The notes under the pieces were generated by a model. That model was not told the origin of the DNA. It did not search any database and worked only from the letters and a program-made list of their open reading frames with translations. Position numbers and translations under genes: made by a program. Shown piece by piece: positions 14,301 through 29,300 of a DNA stretch of 64,000 bases (position 1 is its first letter; each line of letters opens with the position of its first letter). Origin of the DNA: Raillietiella orientalis (lineage: Eukaryota); the NCBI GenBank assembly GCA_036172245.1, contig JAYWIR010000010.1, forward strand, positions 2,914,001-2,978,000. Reading direction: 5' to 3'.

Positions 14301-17300
14301 AGTCCTCGGGGAAGGAGGACTTCCGGGACGCTCCTGATACTCACGGTGAAAGACAGCAGAGGTCGGAGCGGGAGCAAAAGAAAAGGTCAGATGGCCACTC
14401 TCCCCTAGCCCCTTTTCTAAACAACAGGAGTCTTTTCAAAAATACGTGCTTCTCGGAAACGCCCTTGACGCTCCCTTCCTTGCTCCTACCCAATCCTTTT
14501 CTGTGGCAATAGTTCTTCACTGGGAACTGCAGAGAAAAGCACACCCTCTTGCGGAGAAGGGAGCAGTGAGGGGCGCGAGGGAACGATGCTAAGGTGTCCC
14601 AGGATGCGAAGGAGATGATCTAGCCGGCAGCTGGAGGGCGGCACCCGAGAGACCACGGAACAGGACAGAGATAGAGATATATAGAGAGAGGGTCGGAGGA
14701 TGGGTGGTGAGAGAAACGCGGATCCCCCATAGAAATGAGGCTGCGCCGGGCTGCGATAAGAGAACGGACACTCCTCACCACGCTCGGGGGCATCTCCGCC
14801 CGCGGCCTCGAGAGATGCAGCACTGAAGTGGAACGGCGCGAGCCAGGTGTAAAGCGAGTAGGGCGATGGAGTGGGGTGCGAAATCTTGAATGCCCCAGAG
14901 AAAAATCTCCCTCCACTGAGCACCGGAAAGGCTCCAGAGGATCAACAAAGTCTGACCTCGCCGGCGAGGCTTCCTCTTCCTTCTGCAGCTTCCACTGCTT
15001 GCCGAAGGGTCGTGCTGCCCGCTACGGGAAGGAATGGACTTTCGCGAGCCCGGCTTTCCCCTCTGGAGGAGCGCGGCTGCACAACAGCCCCTAGGCGGCG
15101 ACCCACTTCTCCGGAGCACCACCATATCCAGGAGGTCGATCTCCCAAGGGATGCGCCGCCGGCCCATTAAAGGAGTACAGGGAGTCCGTACCCACGGCAG
15201 GCCACACCTGGATCAGTATCCTGGAGGGAGGAGGAGCTCCAGACGGTAGAAGCCGAAGGCTCGTTGCTACGTGCCCGGGCTCAAGAAATCTGGGCTGAAC
15301 TCAAGAAACCGAGAAACCCAGCGGTCAGCACCTAGCCCAGACCCTCGAGCAAGCGGAAGACCGCGCGGAAAAGGCGCAGGGACACGGAAAGGGAGGGGCA
15401 CCGCCGCTTCCCGACCTTCCTTCACGAGCCTGGAGCCTTCGTCAGCCTCTTTAGGAGCGGTCTCCTCTGAGGCAGAGGAGAAGCATCTACGAGGAAGGGT
15501 ATTCCAGGGGGAATCCTGGAGGACCAGCTACCCCGTCTCCCTCTCCGGGGTGAGAAACGTCTTTCCACACCCGTGGTGTTGTCAAGGCCGTTCTTCTGAG
15601 GAAACGAGAGCAGATTAGGGTGGTCTCGGGTGGCCGCAAGAAATATCCGGGGTCTCCTCCTTTTGCGCATCAGGAAAAGAACGACGAGGAAGAAGAGGGA
15701 ATCAGGGAGAGCCAGAATTCATGCGCTCCGACTTGAGGCCACTCTCGCTTAAATTCCCCATCGTCCTGGCAACGAGAATCTCGAACGAAGCCGATAGGGG
15801 AGTTCTGCAGTGAATCGGCGCATGGGAGAGCAACGAGGGGTAAGGCGTTAGACATATGCTGCACCCCGGGTTTCTCACCGCGCGCCCTCTCTGAGGAGGT
15901 CGGTCTCTGGTTCTTAGACCGACGTTGCTAGGGATGATGGGCAGAGAGGGAAGAAGGAGACTCACATTGTGCTTCCAGGTGACCTTATAAATCCATGGGT
16001 TTGCCACGGTGTAGCATTCGAAGTAGACATCGTCGCCCACCTTGATGTCCAGTGGGTTCAGGGACGTCCCGAATTCCAGCTTCACTTCCGGGGTAACTGA
16101 AAAAAGAGTCGTAAGACCCAGCCGCCTTCAGTCTCACAGCAAGCTTGAGGCCCTCGCCTCCATCCAGAGACCCAAGGCGTACTAGGCACGGCATTACTAA
16201 AGAACGGGAAATGGGGAGAGAACGAAGAAAAACTCCGACGCTCCGTCGCGCAGGTCGGCATGAGGCGGTATATTCTGAGACCCCTTAGGGTGGTGATGGA
16301 TGGCTGGGTGCACAGAGTGCGAAGTAGCAAAAGAGGCCGAAAGAGTTCGAGGTTGGAGGAAGGGCAGCGTGATGGGGCTGGCTGGCTTCGCTCGCGGCTC
16401 AAGGGCCAGGAATGCAAATGGCCTCCAGGGAAGCAGGACTGAGATGATGACGATGGCGCCTATTGGCAAGACGGCTGAGGCTGCTATCCTTGCGGGAAAC
16501 AGAAGAGGGTTTGGAAGCTGGACTCAAGAAGAAACCAAGTAACTATCGAGAAATCGGCACCTCATTGCCTCAGTGCACCTTTCGGGAACAAAGGGGACAG
16601 GAAAGGTGGTGCTGTGTCTTCCTTAGGACTGTCTTCCAGTGGCATATCCCCCGTGCGTGAGTGACCCCAGACGGAGATGCCGCATCCTTCTGATAGCTAT
16701 CGTCGCATCCCATCTCTTCTCTTTGCTTGCAGCAACCACGCTGGATCCGCTCGACTGTCAAAGCGGTCGATTTGGTTTTGCCGCGGAAAGCATCTCTGAT
16801 CCCGATGGAGGCAGTTCCAGGACCTTCCGCAAGATTTAGAGGAATCGCAAAAAAACTTTCTCGTCTCGATGTCTTTCACACAGGATGCGAGATGCTTCTA
16901 TCACCCTGCATGTGCCCCATGCACACGATCTTTCGAATGCCGTTTGGAGGTCCTGACTCCAGCTTATGCTCCGGGTCCCAGGAAGTCATTTTCTTTCTTT
17001 CTTTCTTTTTCATATTCAGTTGACCAAGGAGCAGGGAGTCAGGCCCCGCTTCTTGGTCTGGCACCTGCAGACATTCCCTCCCTTAAGGACTTTTCTCTCC
17101 CACTTCCAATCAAAGACTTGGGGAGAGAACCGAAGCTCCTTCGATCTTGCGACGGAGCTGAATCGACTATGAAGTGGTCCAAGTCACTTTTCGGAGGGGA
17201 TCCAGCTAGAGATCTCGGGAGGTCCACCGTCAGGGATCTCAAGGGGTGCAAGTTCCAGGATGCTACTCCCTCAGCGACGAGTTTTTTGGAAGCGATTGTC

Positions 17301-20300
17301 TGCTCCTTTCTTCCTCAGAGGTCAAGAAGCAGGGGATTTGCCCTGCGTATGGACGATGATGGAGGGCTGTCGTCTCGGAGAAGAACGCAACTCTCTCTCA
17401 GGATGAGCTTTAAATCTCGGTTGGGTGCTGACTGCCTAGGCCGCCCAAACGGCATTTTCACTACTCCGCCTCCTTTATGCACATGACCCACCCTTCCGTC
17501 GTCTCGGGAAGGCAGAGAGGTCAGGTCAGCTCAGTTCCAAGACACGAGAATCAAAGCAAAGAACAAGAGGGCAGAAAAAATTTTCAAGATGAAGTGCAAT
17601 CCACAGCTGTTGGGGAAGTGGGAGGGAAAGAAGGCGAGAGGAGACGGCGAGACTCGTTGGAGCAAGGAAGGATTAACAAAGTCTTCGACCTTCCTTTTCC
17701 GGCCTACTCCTAAAGCGCAAGCTGACGGCACGAGATGGTCTCTCTCCGAGGTGGTTCAGACAGAGGTTCCGTCCAGACCACAAACCGGAGATGAAGGAGG
17801 AAGAGGCACTCGAAGGAACGCCAGTATCTATGGGAGCGATCCAAGAGACGAGATCCGAAAGGAGGAGGAGGAGTACGGCGATGGTCGGGCGTGTGGTAGG
17901 TCGCTGCCACAGGAGAAAGGGTAAGAAACTTGCCTCGAGAGAGGGAAACCTCAAGATGGGTCATCCTAGTGACGACGTTTCCCTGTTTTGGACGAATGCG
18001 TCCTGCAGACAGCTCGACGTTCTTCTCGAAGTGGGTTTCCGAAGATCCAGGTCGTGGCTTGGGAAGGAAGGAACACCAGGGATGCCAAGCGTACTAGTCC
18101 CCCGCAATCCTTTCTCTAGTTCCAGGTTTAGCGAGTTTTTTCTGGATTCCTTGAGTCTGAATTCTGGGTTCTCTCCGAAATTCGCTGAGCAAGAAAAGCG
18201 AAAAGACCTGCGGAGGATCTGCTTGGAACTTCAGGCGTTCATCACCTGCCTTGGACGCATCACCCAAGGCGAGGGCGCGCTCGGACCCTGTGCTGCTTTT
18301 CAAGAAATCTTTCCCTCCGGATGTGATGTCCTCATTTTTTTCTCACAGGGGAGTTGGTGAGGTGGCTGAGCACTCGAATTCATGAGAGCTGCATCAAGAG
18401 CAGGTTGCAGGAGGTTTTTTTCTGTGGATTGTGACACCACAAGGGCTCCTCAACCTGCTCCTACGGTCTCCTCTTGCCCTGAACCAGCGGAAGAGCAGCT
18501 GTCTGGACTGCTGGTCCAGACAGAAAGAGATGAAGAAGACGATGAGAAGGACGATGACGGCGGCAATGATGATGATGAGAAGACAATCCGAGGAATGCGA
18601 AGTGATTGCTTTTTCCGAAGGCACTCTCAATCCTTTCTTGGATGTGATCGAGAGCTGTCTTCAGCCAGCTTTCTTTAACAGAGTCTACCAGCGCTCCACC
18701 TCCCGACAACTTCCCTAGGAGATTCCTGGGATGTAGAATATCCGAGATGAAGGCAACAGGGAAAGCAAAGACGAAAGTACTTTTCGGCAGCTGACCAGAA
18801 AGTACTTACAGGGATGAAGCGAGATGTCAGTGTGGGACCACTAGCCAGACATTCGCCTGCAGACGTGTTGGGGAAGTTACAATGAGGGGATCGGGAACGA
18901 AAGGAGTAGACGCGAAACCCCAGGAAGACAAGAAAGTCACTCTTCTGCGATCTCGCATTCCTTTCTCGGTACTGCACGCGAGATTCACCTTTCACGATTT
19001 CGAGATTTCACATTATCTTAGGAGACTGTGAGATCATGCATCACGATGAGTCTAAGAAAGTCCCTCATTCTCTTGAGGAATCGGGTCGTCATGGAGCCTC
19101 GAGAACGGTCAATGACTGCGGTGTTTTCAAGTTCCTGAACGGAAATTTCGAATGCTGAGGATCCACAACAGGCCATCGGGAAGGTCCAAGCTTTCCCATC
19201 ACTTGGCAGCGCTCCCTCCAAGAGGAATCATCTCGATGCATCGAGGTTTCTCGGAAACTGCTTCCCGGGATGCACCCCCAAAGCATCCCCGTAACTAGAA
19301 CCTGATGTCATGAAGCTGCTATCTCCAGCAAAGCTTCTGGCTGATGGAACAACACCCTGCGCATCTGAATCATCCGGCACTCCCAAATAAATCGCCATTA
19401 GGGAGAGGTAGAGAGCGCCTCCACGAATTCGATCTCGGCTTCAGTCCTTCATCCCCGGTTCCGAGATCCCGTCCTGCATCCCCGCGGAAATCCGCGGGTC
19501 GCCAGTCGGATTTTCCTGCCACAATGTGGCAGCGAACCAGCACCGGCAGGTACACCAGGGAGGAGCAAACAAACAAACAGCCGCCGCAACGGAAGGGAGC
19601 CGATCCCAAATGGAGGAGGATGGGGAAAGAAGATGCGGCGAACTCCCTGATGCGCTTCCAAGAGAACACGGATGCCCCCGGTCACGGTTTGACTAGGTGG
19701 CGGGAGATCGATGAACGAAAAATCGATACGTCAAAATCAACAGAAGAAGCGGAAAAGGATCAACAGCAGCCATAAAAAGAGAGAGGAAGCACGAATGAAT
19801 GGAAGAGGCGCCAGCAGCAGCCGTGAACCGCTTGTAAATGTCTCCTGTCTTTTCATGCGATGCTGCGTGCACGCTCCTCTACTCACAGTGGATGTTCAGT
19901 TTCAAGAACTGGATTATTTCGGAGTCCCGGATTTCTGGATTCCTTGCTTCGCATACCAATCTCTTTCTGTGGTGGTGAGCCATTGGGGTGAGTTCTATGG
20001 TGCTGATGGTGAGGTTCTCGTCGACGGAGATCTGGGGGGAAAAGCCACTCGTTAGCGAGCCGACCAATCTAGGTGTCGACACACCCGGCTCGAAAGCGGG
20101 GTCTCAGCCGGTCCGAAAAAACCGGGGAGAAGAACAAAACAAAACAAAACAAAACAAAACAACAGAAAAAACCCGCCGCGTCCGCCTCCATGTGGTCTGC
20201 CATGGTCCCAAGTGGTACCCGGCATGCTCCCATTTCGCATCGGAGACTCGCACCCGCTCCGGGACTCCTGTGGAGGCTTCCTCCAGTGCGCCCACAAGCA

Positions 20301-23300
20301 AAGGCGGAGAGAGCTCCAGCAACTCGTGAAATTCGTTCGTTCCGATGGAATTCTCAGTCCCGGCGACCGGTGGGCCATTAAGAGCACATGCGACTGGAGT
20401 GGCTGCTTTCCTTTACTGCCTCTCGGCCTTTATTAACCCACGGAGTCTGGCCCCTGTTAATGCTACTTCCGGGAGGTGCTCAGGAAGCTGGAATCTCCGA
20501 ATAGGAAGGCAGGAGAGAGAGGCGTAGTGCCGGTTTTCTTCGTGTCACTCGCTAGGAAAAGTCAGGAGTGGAGTAATTTGCCAGGGGATTGGCCTTTTTT
20601 TTTCTGGAACGTACCTCCCTCGGGAGCGCTGTCGATAAATTATGCCTGCGTCAAAGGCCGCCGAAGACGCAAGAGAGAACATTCGTTTCTTCACGGGTAT
20701 TTTCCAGCTTCAGGAGCGCTACGGGAAAGTCCTCCTTCCCCAAAACACAGATTGACTTTGCACGCGATTCCCAAATCACCCTAGTTGGCCCCATACGTGC
20801 CTCCCGTTCTGATCCCTTCGGTGCCACTTGCTGACGGGAAACGCATTTCCTGTGAGTCAAGACATATTTTCAGAAGACACCCATTCTGGAACCGGGGAAC
20901 GGGACGACGTCTCCTGCCATCCAGGAGCAGCGCTAATCTCGATTTTGTCTTTGAGGGGACAGGGCTCTCCGCTCTGAAGTTGCCGCTCTGCTTGAGCGCA
21001 TCCAAGACTTCCTTCGGGAATTCCGAGACTCCTATCTTGTCCAGACCAACGAAACCCCTTAGTCTTTCTCAACAGCAGACTTCCCAAAGCATTCGTTCGC
21101 GCCTGCCCTTCCCTTGGTTCGTCCTCGGGATCCATTCCTATACCAGTTTTCGCGCTTTGGAAAACCCAGTCTTCGAAGGCGCCTTCATTCCCTTCCGAAA
21201 TGGAAGCCTTAGTCCCTGGTTCCTCGGCCTCTGGTTCTCTTGGTCTTCTGACGTCCATCACGTGTTTGCCTTAAAGCACGGAAAACTCCGGAAGATGCAT
21301 TTCCTTTGAGATCTTCGTAGCTCCGCGTGGCTTCTTCTCGACGAGACAAACCCAACACGAGACGAAAAACTCTTAGAGTGAAGGTGCAAAACCACGCCAG
21401 ACCATTCATTTTCTTTTTTTTGGTGGGCGTCAGCTCCAAAGATTCTTCAAATGCTGGGCACCGTCCTCAGCTCTGCAAGACATTCTTCAGCGGCAGCTCC
21501 AACGAGTCCTAGGAGCTGCACCTGAGAGAGGACTTGCAGTGAGCAGAGGAAGCAGAGGAAACGAACAGTGGTTCCTGCCGAGTTTGCAGGCACACTCTAG
21601 ACTACGACCAACGGATTCTTTGCCAAGGAGAACGCCGCTCGCCAACAGGGTCTTACCAGCTCGTGCACTTCGGTCAGCTCGGCGTCCTCCAGCAGCCACG
21701 TGATCATCGCGGAAGGGCGCGAACCCCATGCTTTGCAGGAGATGGTGTATTTCTTCGTGGCCAGCATGAAATCCTCGTTGGTGTTCGTTTTGATTTCCAC
21801 TCCAAGAGGCGCAACTGGAAAACAACGGTCCAGAGTCAGGCTGTCTGCCGAAAAAGGCAATGCATCCCTTGAAACGGACATTCGGGGAGCTCGTCAGGGA
21901 CGGGGGTCGCCGCTCACGGAGCCACCAGCAGCCGCTGGTGCCACGATTCTCGCAAAGATCGACCATGCTGGCGCTTCACGAAGCGATTCGCTTGGGCCGG
22001 CCTGCGGAGCCATGTTGACGAGATTCCCGAGAACTGACTGGCACAGCGTTTGCTGCAGGACAGCTTCCGCTCTAATTTATGCAACTTTTAATCGAACACC
22101 GTTGCCATGGAGTTCATTTGTGTGTGCGTTTGGTTCCGGGTAAGCTTCCGGTCGGTTGCTTACGAAGGCAATCAGAGAACCGACGGGTTTTAAAAGCTGA
22201 CAGCTGCAAGCTGAGCCTTTCGTCCTTTTTTTTTTTTTTTTTTTTCTTTCCAGAAACAAATCCTGGATTCGTTCCTGCAATGCGCTCAAGAAAGTGATAC
22301 AAAGTTTAGGAAATAATCAAAAGATATAACGAATTGTACTGATAATGAGCGCATTAAGCGGAGATCGTGGTGTACTAAAAATCCTGGGAAGCACAAAACC
22401 GAAGTGGAAAAGCACGAGCGTATCTTTTGGCAAAGAAGGGCTCTTCTCAGGAGATACAAAAAAGCGGAGAGCACGCTTACTCACATCAAGATTCTCGTAA
22501 GATTGCGCGGAGGATCCCATCCAAGTGAGATCTTTCATGAAAATTTGTCGCATGCACGTCTAATCTTTCGGACGGTCACAACGATCACCATCGCTTGGAT
22601 GCGAGGTAGGAGCAGCAACCGCAGAGATTAATGAATTATCTCACCCCCCGTAGACCTCGGAGTTTCGCAAACCGCGTTGTTAAGGGCCTGCTTCGCGTGA
22701 TGGATAACGCAACGATCTTGCGGATAAAAGCGAGGAGGAGGCACAGAAGTAAGAGAGGAGCACCACGGCCGCGAATCTGCAGCGCCAGATCACAGGTATG
22801 CTGTTCTAATGGTTCATCTTACCAAACGATTTTCCAGGTTACCGTAATCCAGGATCATCCGGAAGCTTCCACGTATATGATTTCCCCATTTAATCTCCTA
22901 TTTATATCTTCAGTTTTCAAAACAAAGAGGATAAGACAGTGGATGTATAAAAGGGATTACTCGCCGAGGAACACGCCGAAAAGAAAGCGGACTGGGAATC
23001 GTGAAATGCCACGGGGTGTCAAGGAAGCTGCTTTCCCGAAAGATGCTATCTTCAATCTCACATCACCGGCGTGTAGGGAGCTCCCCCCCCCCCGTTCGAA
23101 ACCGTGGACAGTTAAAAAGGTGGATCGTTTAACGAAAAGGAGTACACCTCAGCACACTGCGGTGAGCGTGTCACCAATGGAATTTCTGAGATGCTAAGTC
23201 AGCATCCTTTCCTGGGATAACGAACGATAAATCTCACATCCCTTATCCGGTGACAACAACGGGCAAACAACCTAATAGATGCTGAAAATATAGCCAGGCT

Positions 23301-26300
23301 GTTTGGGACGCTCACTTTTTCTTTGTGGAATCCGAGACCATTCTCGGAAGGATCCGATTTCAGATTCGGAAACCGAGGAAGGGATTTGATTTGGGCATCC
23401 ATAGTTGAGGGCACCGAGCTAGTGATAAGACTGGGATAAGTGCTTTCTCGAAGTGTTTGAGATGAAGGGAGGCAGGAACTGCACGAGTAACCCATTCAGC
23501 CACGATCCGGCAGCATTCGACTCCCGGACAACAGATGCCGTCGTCATCTGCTCATTCCAGTGGAGATTCCGTTATGAACAATCCGACGACTGGAGATGCA
23601 AGTTGTTCAGTCATTCTTTCCTTTTGAGCCGAAAGCAAGAGCTTCATCAGTTGGCGATGCAAATGCTGGTTCCGCAGCGCTGATTCGTATTCAGAACCGA
23701 GTCTCGTCCTTTACTTTTCATCCGCTGCTGGGAATTCTTCCGATATGACGAGGGAGAGCATCTTGAATTTTTGCTGATTAGACCAAAACCAAAATCAAAG
23801 ATTTCGCAGCTCATCTTCACTACGCATCTTCGTGCGCGCTTATACTTCCGCCTTCGATATTTTCGCGGATGGCTTCGAAAAAAAAAAATTCCGGGTAGCG
23901 TATCGATGATCCGGTCATCCTCATCATCACTCAAAATCGGCGTGATCGTTACCTTTCGTTTTCCTGGAAAGCATTCTTTTCCCGAAGAACAAAGTATGGG
24001 AATAATGCAAATGAGAGACCCACTTTCAGCACGCAAGGACTCCCCCAAAGGTCCGTGCATGATCTTATTGAGATGAATGGCTTGCTCGAATGAGATGAAA
24101 CTTCACGCGTACATCTTTTCACATCTCTCTTACCCTTGCGGAAACGTGTACTCATCTATCCACTAGGTGGGCGAATGGCATGTAAGACGATTTCCAAAAG
24201 ACAATACTGGAGCTGAACGTTTACAGGGAACGAATTCTTGTAAAGGGAATGTTCGGGAGTGTCAAGATAGGAAGAAAGGCAAAAAACCGCCTTGGTTGGA
24301 TTTTGCTACCCTTGTTTGGGCAACCAAAGGGAGGAGTTCCAGGAACCGCGAAGGAGCAGCTTTTGGAGGACGTCGTCGCTTTTTGTTCACAACACATCCT
24401 CGAGCCCGGAGAAAATTCCCCACCCTCCAAAAAGCGGTATACTTTCTTTGGAGAACCGCGATGGTTGCGCAAAGCAGGCAGGAATCCAGAACGATTCCAG
24501 CAATGGGTGTTTAATAACTTAGAAGTGCTAAATCCAGCCTCACCAATTATCTGTACCCTGCTAGACGGATAATTCATGCCTTCCATCGTGACCCTGCGAT
24601 GTCAAAGTTTACACCAAACTACCGACTTCTTCCGGGTTAGTTGAGGTCGCTTCCTTGGGGAGGACGGCGAAAATGATGCTGATGGGATGTTGCAATTCTA
24701 AGTTTCTAGGAAGGCGAATCCCTGTTTCGCGCCCGGTTTGGAAGCTTGCACCTCGATTCATCGAATTCGTAAATTGGGAGGAGGTGATCTCCCCTTGCTT
24801 GGTTTTCAGGGCATCTGATTCCTCGGCGCAGCCTCCGCGCAGGCTTTGACTTTCTTTTTTTTTTTTTTAGAAATTCTTTCACGGCTCCAAACTTTGGAAC
24901 TCGGTGAAGCGCTTCTCCCGTTTCCAGCCCGTTGTTGGGAATTCGAGGCAGCTGTTGTCTTCCTGGGTGGCAGGAAATTTCGGCGAGTATGTTTTGACCG
25001 TTTTCTTGAGCGAAGGCAGAAACCCAAGCATTCCCGATCCAGGCGCTGGACAGGCTTCCATCAGCAAGCTGGTGGTTCCCTCTCTTTTCCCTTTTCGCTT
25101 CACGAGCATACGGAACGAGGCAAGAAATTTCCCTGCCTGCTCCTTTCAGGACATCGGACAAAAGGATCCTGAAGTGCCATTGTTTATTGCGTGCGATGAT
25201 TCCAATTCTTGTCGGGTGCCAGCACATAATAAACCTCTGACAGAGGGGGCACGACGGAGGAAGATTAATAGGCGGTGGACCGGAAAAGGTGGAGAATCGC
25301 CCGGATGAGCAACCTGAAAGTTGGCGCGACTTATTGTGTTCTCGGCGGTTCCGTGAATGTCCTGCGCCTCTCTCAATTTTCAGGAGAGGTCAAAAGGGGC
25401 TCCGATTCCCCGCTTTTCTTGAAAAGTTGCGAAGATGTTTACGGCACATTTTGGCAGTCTCTTCATTGAGGTATGACGTCACCACTAATCTTTCACTGCT
25501 TCCTATTATTAACATCACAATAAAAAAAAGTAGAGCAATTTTAGCGCGCCCACAGTTGTACACTGAAATGGGTTAATAGTGTTGGGGAGTTTCTAACTTC
25601 AGTTGGCTGTCTTCGTTAATACGATTCTAGCCCAGACGCTTGCGTCTTAGCTTGTGGGATGTACAGCAGCCCATATCTGTGTATAGCAACTCGTGTCCGC
25701 TGCAAAGGGGATGGTCATCAAGTGGAGGAGAAACTCTTTGCTTCAACGGAAGGAATTGTGCTTCAAGGACAAAGGTGACGACCAACTCGGTAGGATTTCT
25801 GACGGCATGCGATTTGAGAGGATCGCCAGCGACAAATTCATCAAATGCAAAATTATCACTTGGACACGAGCTGAGACCAAAAGGGAAGAGCGGAGAGGGG
25901 GAAAAAAAAAAAAAAATTGCCGGGTAGCGTACCTCTTTCAGAGAATGACTCTTTAACTCACGTAAAAGCCACAGAATCACAGGTGGAAAATCCAAGCTAG
26001 AGTGGCTCTTCGACCTTGAACATTCAAAACCAAAAAAGCCCCACGATGCGAGTCCAAATAGGCAGATTCAAGAAATCACTCATCTGTAAGCCAGCAACCT
26101 TCCGTCAGAGAAGGCTGCGATCATTATCGTACGCTCAGATAACTATCGTTAATCATTTCCTATGAGACCTCCGTTCAGAAGCTATGTACGCTGCTTGTTG
26201 GGTCACTTTGAAAGGTGATCGATGCAGTAATCAGGAATTCCCAATCACCTATTTACTTCGAACCCAAATTACCATTAGGCCACGTCAGTTCTTTACTCAT

Positions 26301-29300
26301 GAATTTTATGATTCCCTACTGTTGAAAAACACGGATTTTGGATGACCTAGTGATGGAAACTTGAGTGGAAAAAGCAGTGACGGAAGCCACAGGTTCACTT
26401 ATGGATTCTTTTCGCTCCACGGTTGTATCTTGCGAAGAGGGTTGCAACGCCTCCAGTCGCACGCCCTTGATGGGGGATTCTAATGTTCGAGGTGAACGCA
26501 GATGCACAGCATCATGGCAGGCTTTACGACACCAAACGGCACCGCACAAACGCCGCTGCTAACAAACATCTCGGGGTGCACACACACCTGGGGATACGCG
26601 AATAGCAAATCAACATCCTAATACCCCTTGCTGATCTTTCAAAAGTATCATCATTTTATCCTTTTTATCTTTCACAAGTATTCGCCGATGGAATCGATTA
26701 TTAGACTTTATTCTTTCCTCAAACGATTCGGTCCCGAAACCAGAACAGTCCTGGTAATTATAATTTATACATCGGTAATTCCCGGATTCAGATCAGTTTC
26801 TGCGCCGCGACACAGGAATAACATTCTGTCATTATTCAAATACATTACGATCTATCCGCGAGTGCTGCCCTATGCGAAGAAGTGCTTTTTCGCCAGTGCT
26901 GAGCTTTCTTGGTTTAAGCTTTTTTTGCGCAGATAACGATGACCCCATAGTTTCTAAAGCTGCCTGCAAGGATCTTGAGGATTTCGTCTCATGCATTACT
27001 TATCAACTGGCCATTGAGATAATTCGCAGTAAAACCTTCCCAAATCCGACTGCTAGATGCTTTCTTGTCATTTTATCTTTTTCCTAAAGCAATTTATGTA
27101 TCCGTCACGCATTCTGCTTCATCAGTAATTTCCTTTTTGATGCGTTCTGTGAGGCTTAGCAGCCTCTCAGGCTGCGCAACCAAGTGGCTGCAAACCTAGC
27201 TGTTGCCTTCTCTCTCTAAACCGCTACCTCAAGACCTCTGTTTCATGGGGCTGCCAGTTCGGTACCACTGCGGCCTTCTTCCACGCATTGCCTGCAATTC
27301 GGTCTGCTGAAGCATTTATAAGTCCAGCTTCCAGAGCTGCTGTCTCCGTATCTCGAACGCGTTCGCCATCTATCATCTCTATCGTAGCACACTTCCGCCA
27401 TCTTCAAGAGGATGATTTAATGCTCAGCCCTTATCTGATCTATCTCCAGAAGGAACTGAGTTCCTTTCGATAGATCCGAGAACCTGCGTTCTTAATTTTT
27501 GCTTTTTTTCAAGACGCGCTCGTCCCACTTACCCCGTTGCCGAAGTAACTCTTCCATCAGCACACATGGCTCCTTCCCACTTTAATGTGCACCGCCGTTC
27601 AGTTTCAGTAATCGCAAGGGAACGGAAGGCTCTCCTGTTACCGAAGGCCCAAGTCATTCTTTCAGGCGATTTTTATGCCACCCCAGCAGGAGTGTCATCG
27701 GAAAACTTTACCGTCAGTACGTGGGAAACGGGAACCATCATCTGTTCTCCAGTAAGGTGATTTGCTTTTGCATCGACCAGATGCCACCACCATCGCTACC
27801 CGACGATCCTCCCATCCGCAAAACTGGAAGTTCGAATTTGTATTCCCAGCTTCCAGGCTTACAGCTACGATTGGAGCAGATTGACCAGAACGTGTATCCG
27901 CAATCCGCTATTCGGCGTAGCGAGGCATTACGCAGGGACTTCCAGGCCCAAGGGAGAAGGACCCTTCGTTACGATTCAATTAGAACCGCACGCGTCATGC
28001 GTGTTCCTCGAAGAATTTTTGCAAGTACCTCTGCTCCGCTCTTTCAAAGATTCTCCGAGAAACTTTTTCAGATGACTTTCCTCATCTGCCGACCTTTCCT
28101 GATACATCCCTTGATCCCAACTACCATCTTTGGATAACGGAACGCCTTCGAAGCAAAAGAGGATGTCCCTCCTTCATTTCTGGTGATTTTCCTTTCCTTA
28201 AAGATGGAAAGCTTCACAGATGATCCATGCCTATAACCAAACAGTTATTTGCGCAGGATGATGAAGGACAGAACTATGTAATAAAGATGGTCCTTTCAAA
28301 AAAGACATCAGGATTTCATGCTTTTGATCAAGTGAGTTCGAACAGACGCAGGAGCATGTTCCCGTCACCTTCTCCGTGTGTCTCTTGTACTCAACTAGTT
28401 CCGTGATTCTGGAAGCTCTTCCATTGTGGGCGGTGACCCGTCCGATGTTCTCAACATACACTCGCGGAATACCGCGTGTTCGCGCACTCACCGTCTGTCT
28501 CATCGGCACCCTCAGCTCTCCCGTTACTTCGCCACTCAACGGGTCCCAAAGATCTCAGGGATCCTACGACGAACGTCCCCAAGGTGGGGGGAGACCTCTT
28601 TTGAAAGAGAAGAAGAGAACCAGCCCACGGTGCTTGATCTCCCTCTTCTGCATTTCCTCTTCCGAGGCCGCTGATGGATGCTGCTAAGGTAAGCGATACG
28701 ATCCAGTGCGATCAGTCCAGTTGTGCCCTGGAGCGCCATATCTGGCTTGAAATTCGATTCTGTGCCCGCAATCGAGTGCATGGAAGCCAACTGCTCCCAA
28801 TTTTTCAGAGTCCCCTATTTTGAAACGGATCCCCAGTTCCTCTTGTCTTTCCTCATGTGAGTTCTTATCCTTCATTCTGACGGCAACCATCCTGCATTTC
28901 ACATTTAGCAGCCCACAGGTCAATGCGCCAGCAAAGGAGCCGTCAAACTTTGCCACTCCTCCCCTTGAAGTTCGCAACGTGTGTGAATGGTGCCTCTCAT
29001 CCCATTTTAGACCCATTCCAGGTAGCAATTTCCTAAGGTGATGCACGAAACGGAGCTCATCTCCCTACTGAGGACCGGTCCGGGTTTGGTTCCCAGACTC
29101 AGACTGGTAAGATTGCTCCAATCAGCATCTGTGTCCAGCAGCAACGAGCTTGTTTTGGGCATCCTCGGCCCGCAACGTACAGCGCAGGACCTCCTCCTCC
29201 TCCTCTTCCTCCCACGCGCTCATCTCGCCGAAAGGCCCTTTCGTGCAGCCTGTTTTCGGCTGGGAAAAGATCCATTTCCTTCGAGAGGAAGCTCCTTCTA

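Noticed and set aside
18394..18630. Minus-strand ORF with a TM-like stretch LLIIIIAAVIVLLIVFFISF, tempting as the Side transmembrane exon
   Set aside because: It lies between the Ig3 and Ig4 exons, the wrong position for the main TM. It is the reverse complement of a GAT/GAC simple repeat, and I saw no convincing flanking splice sites.
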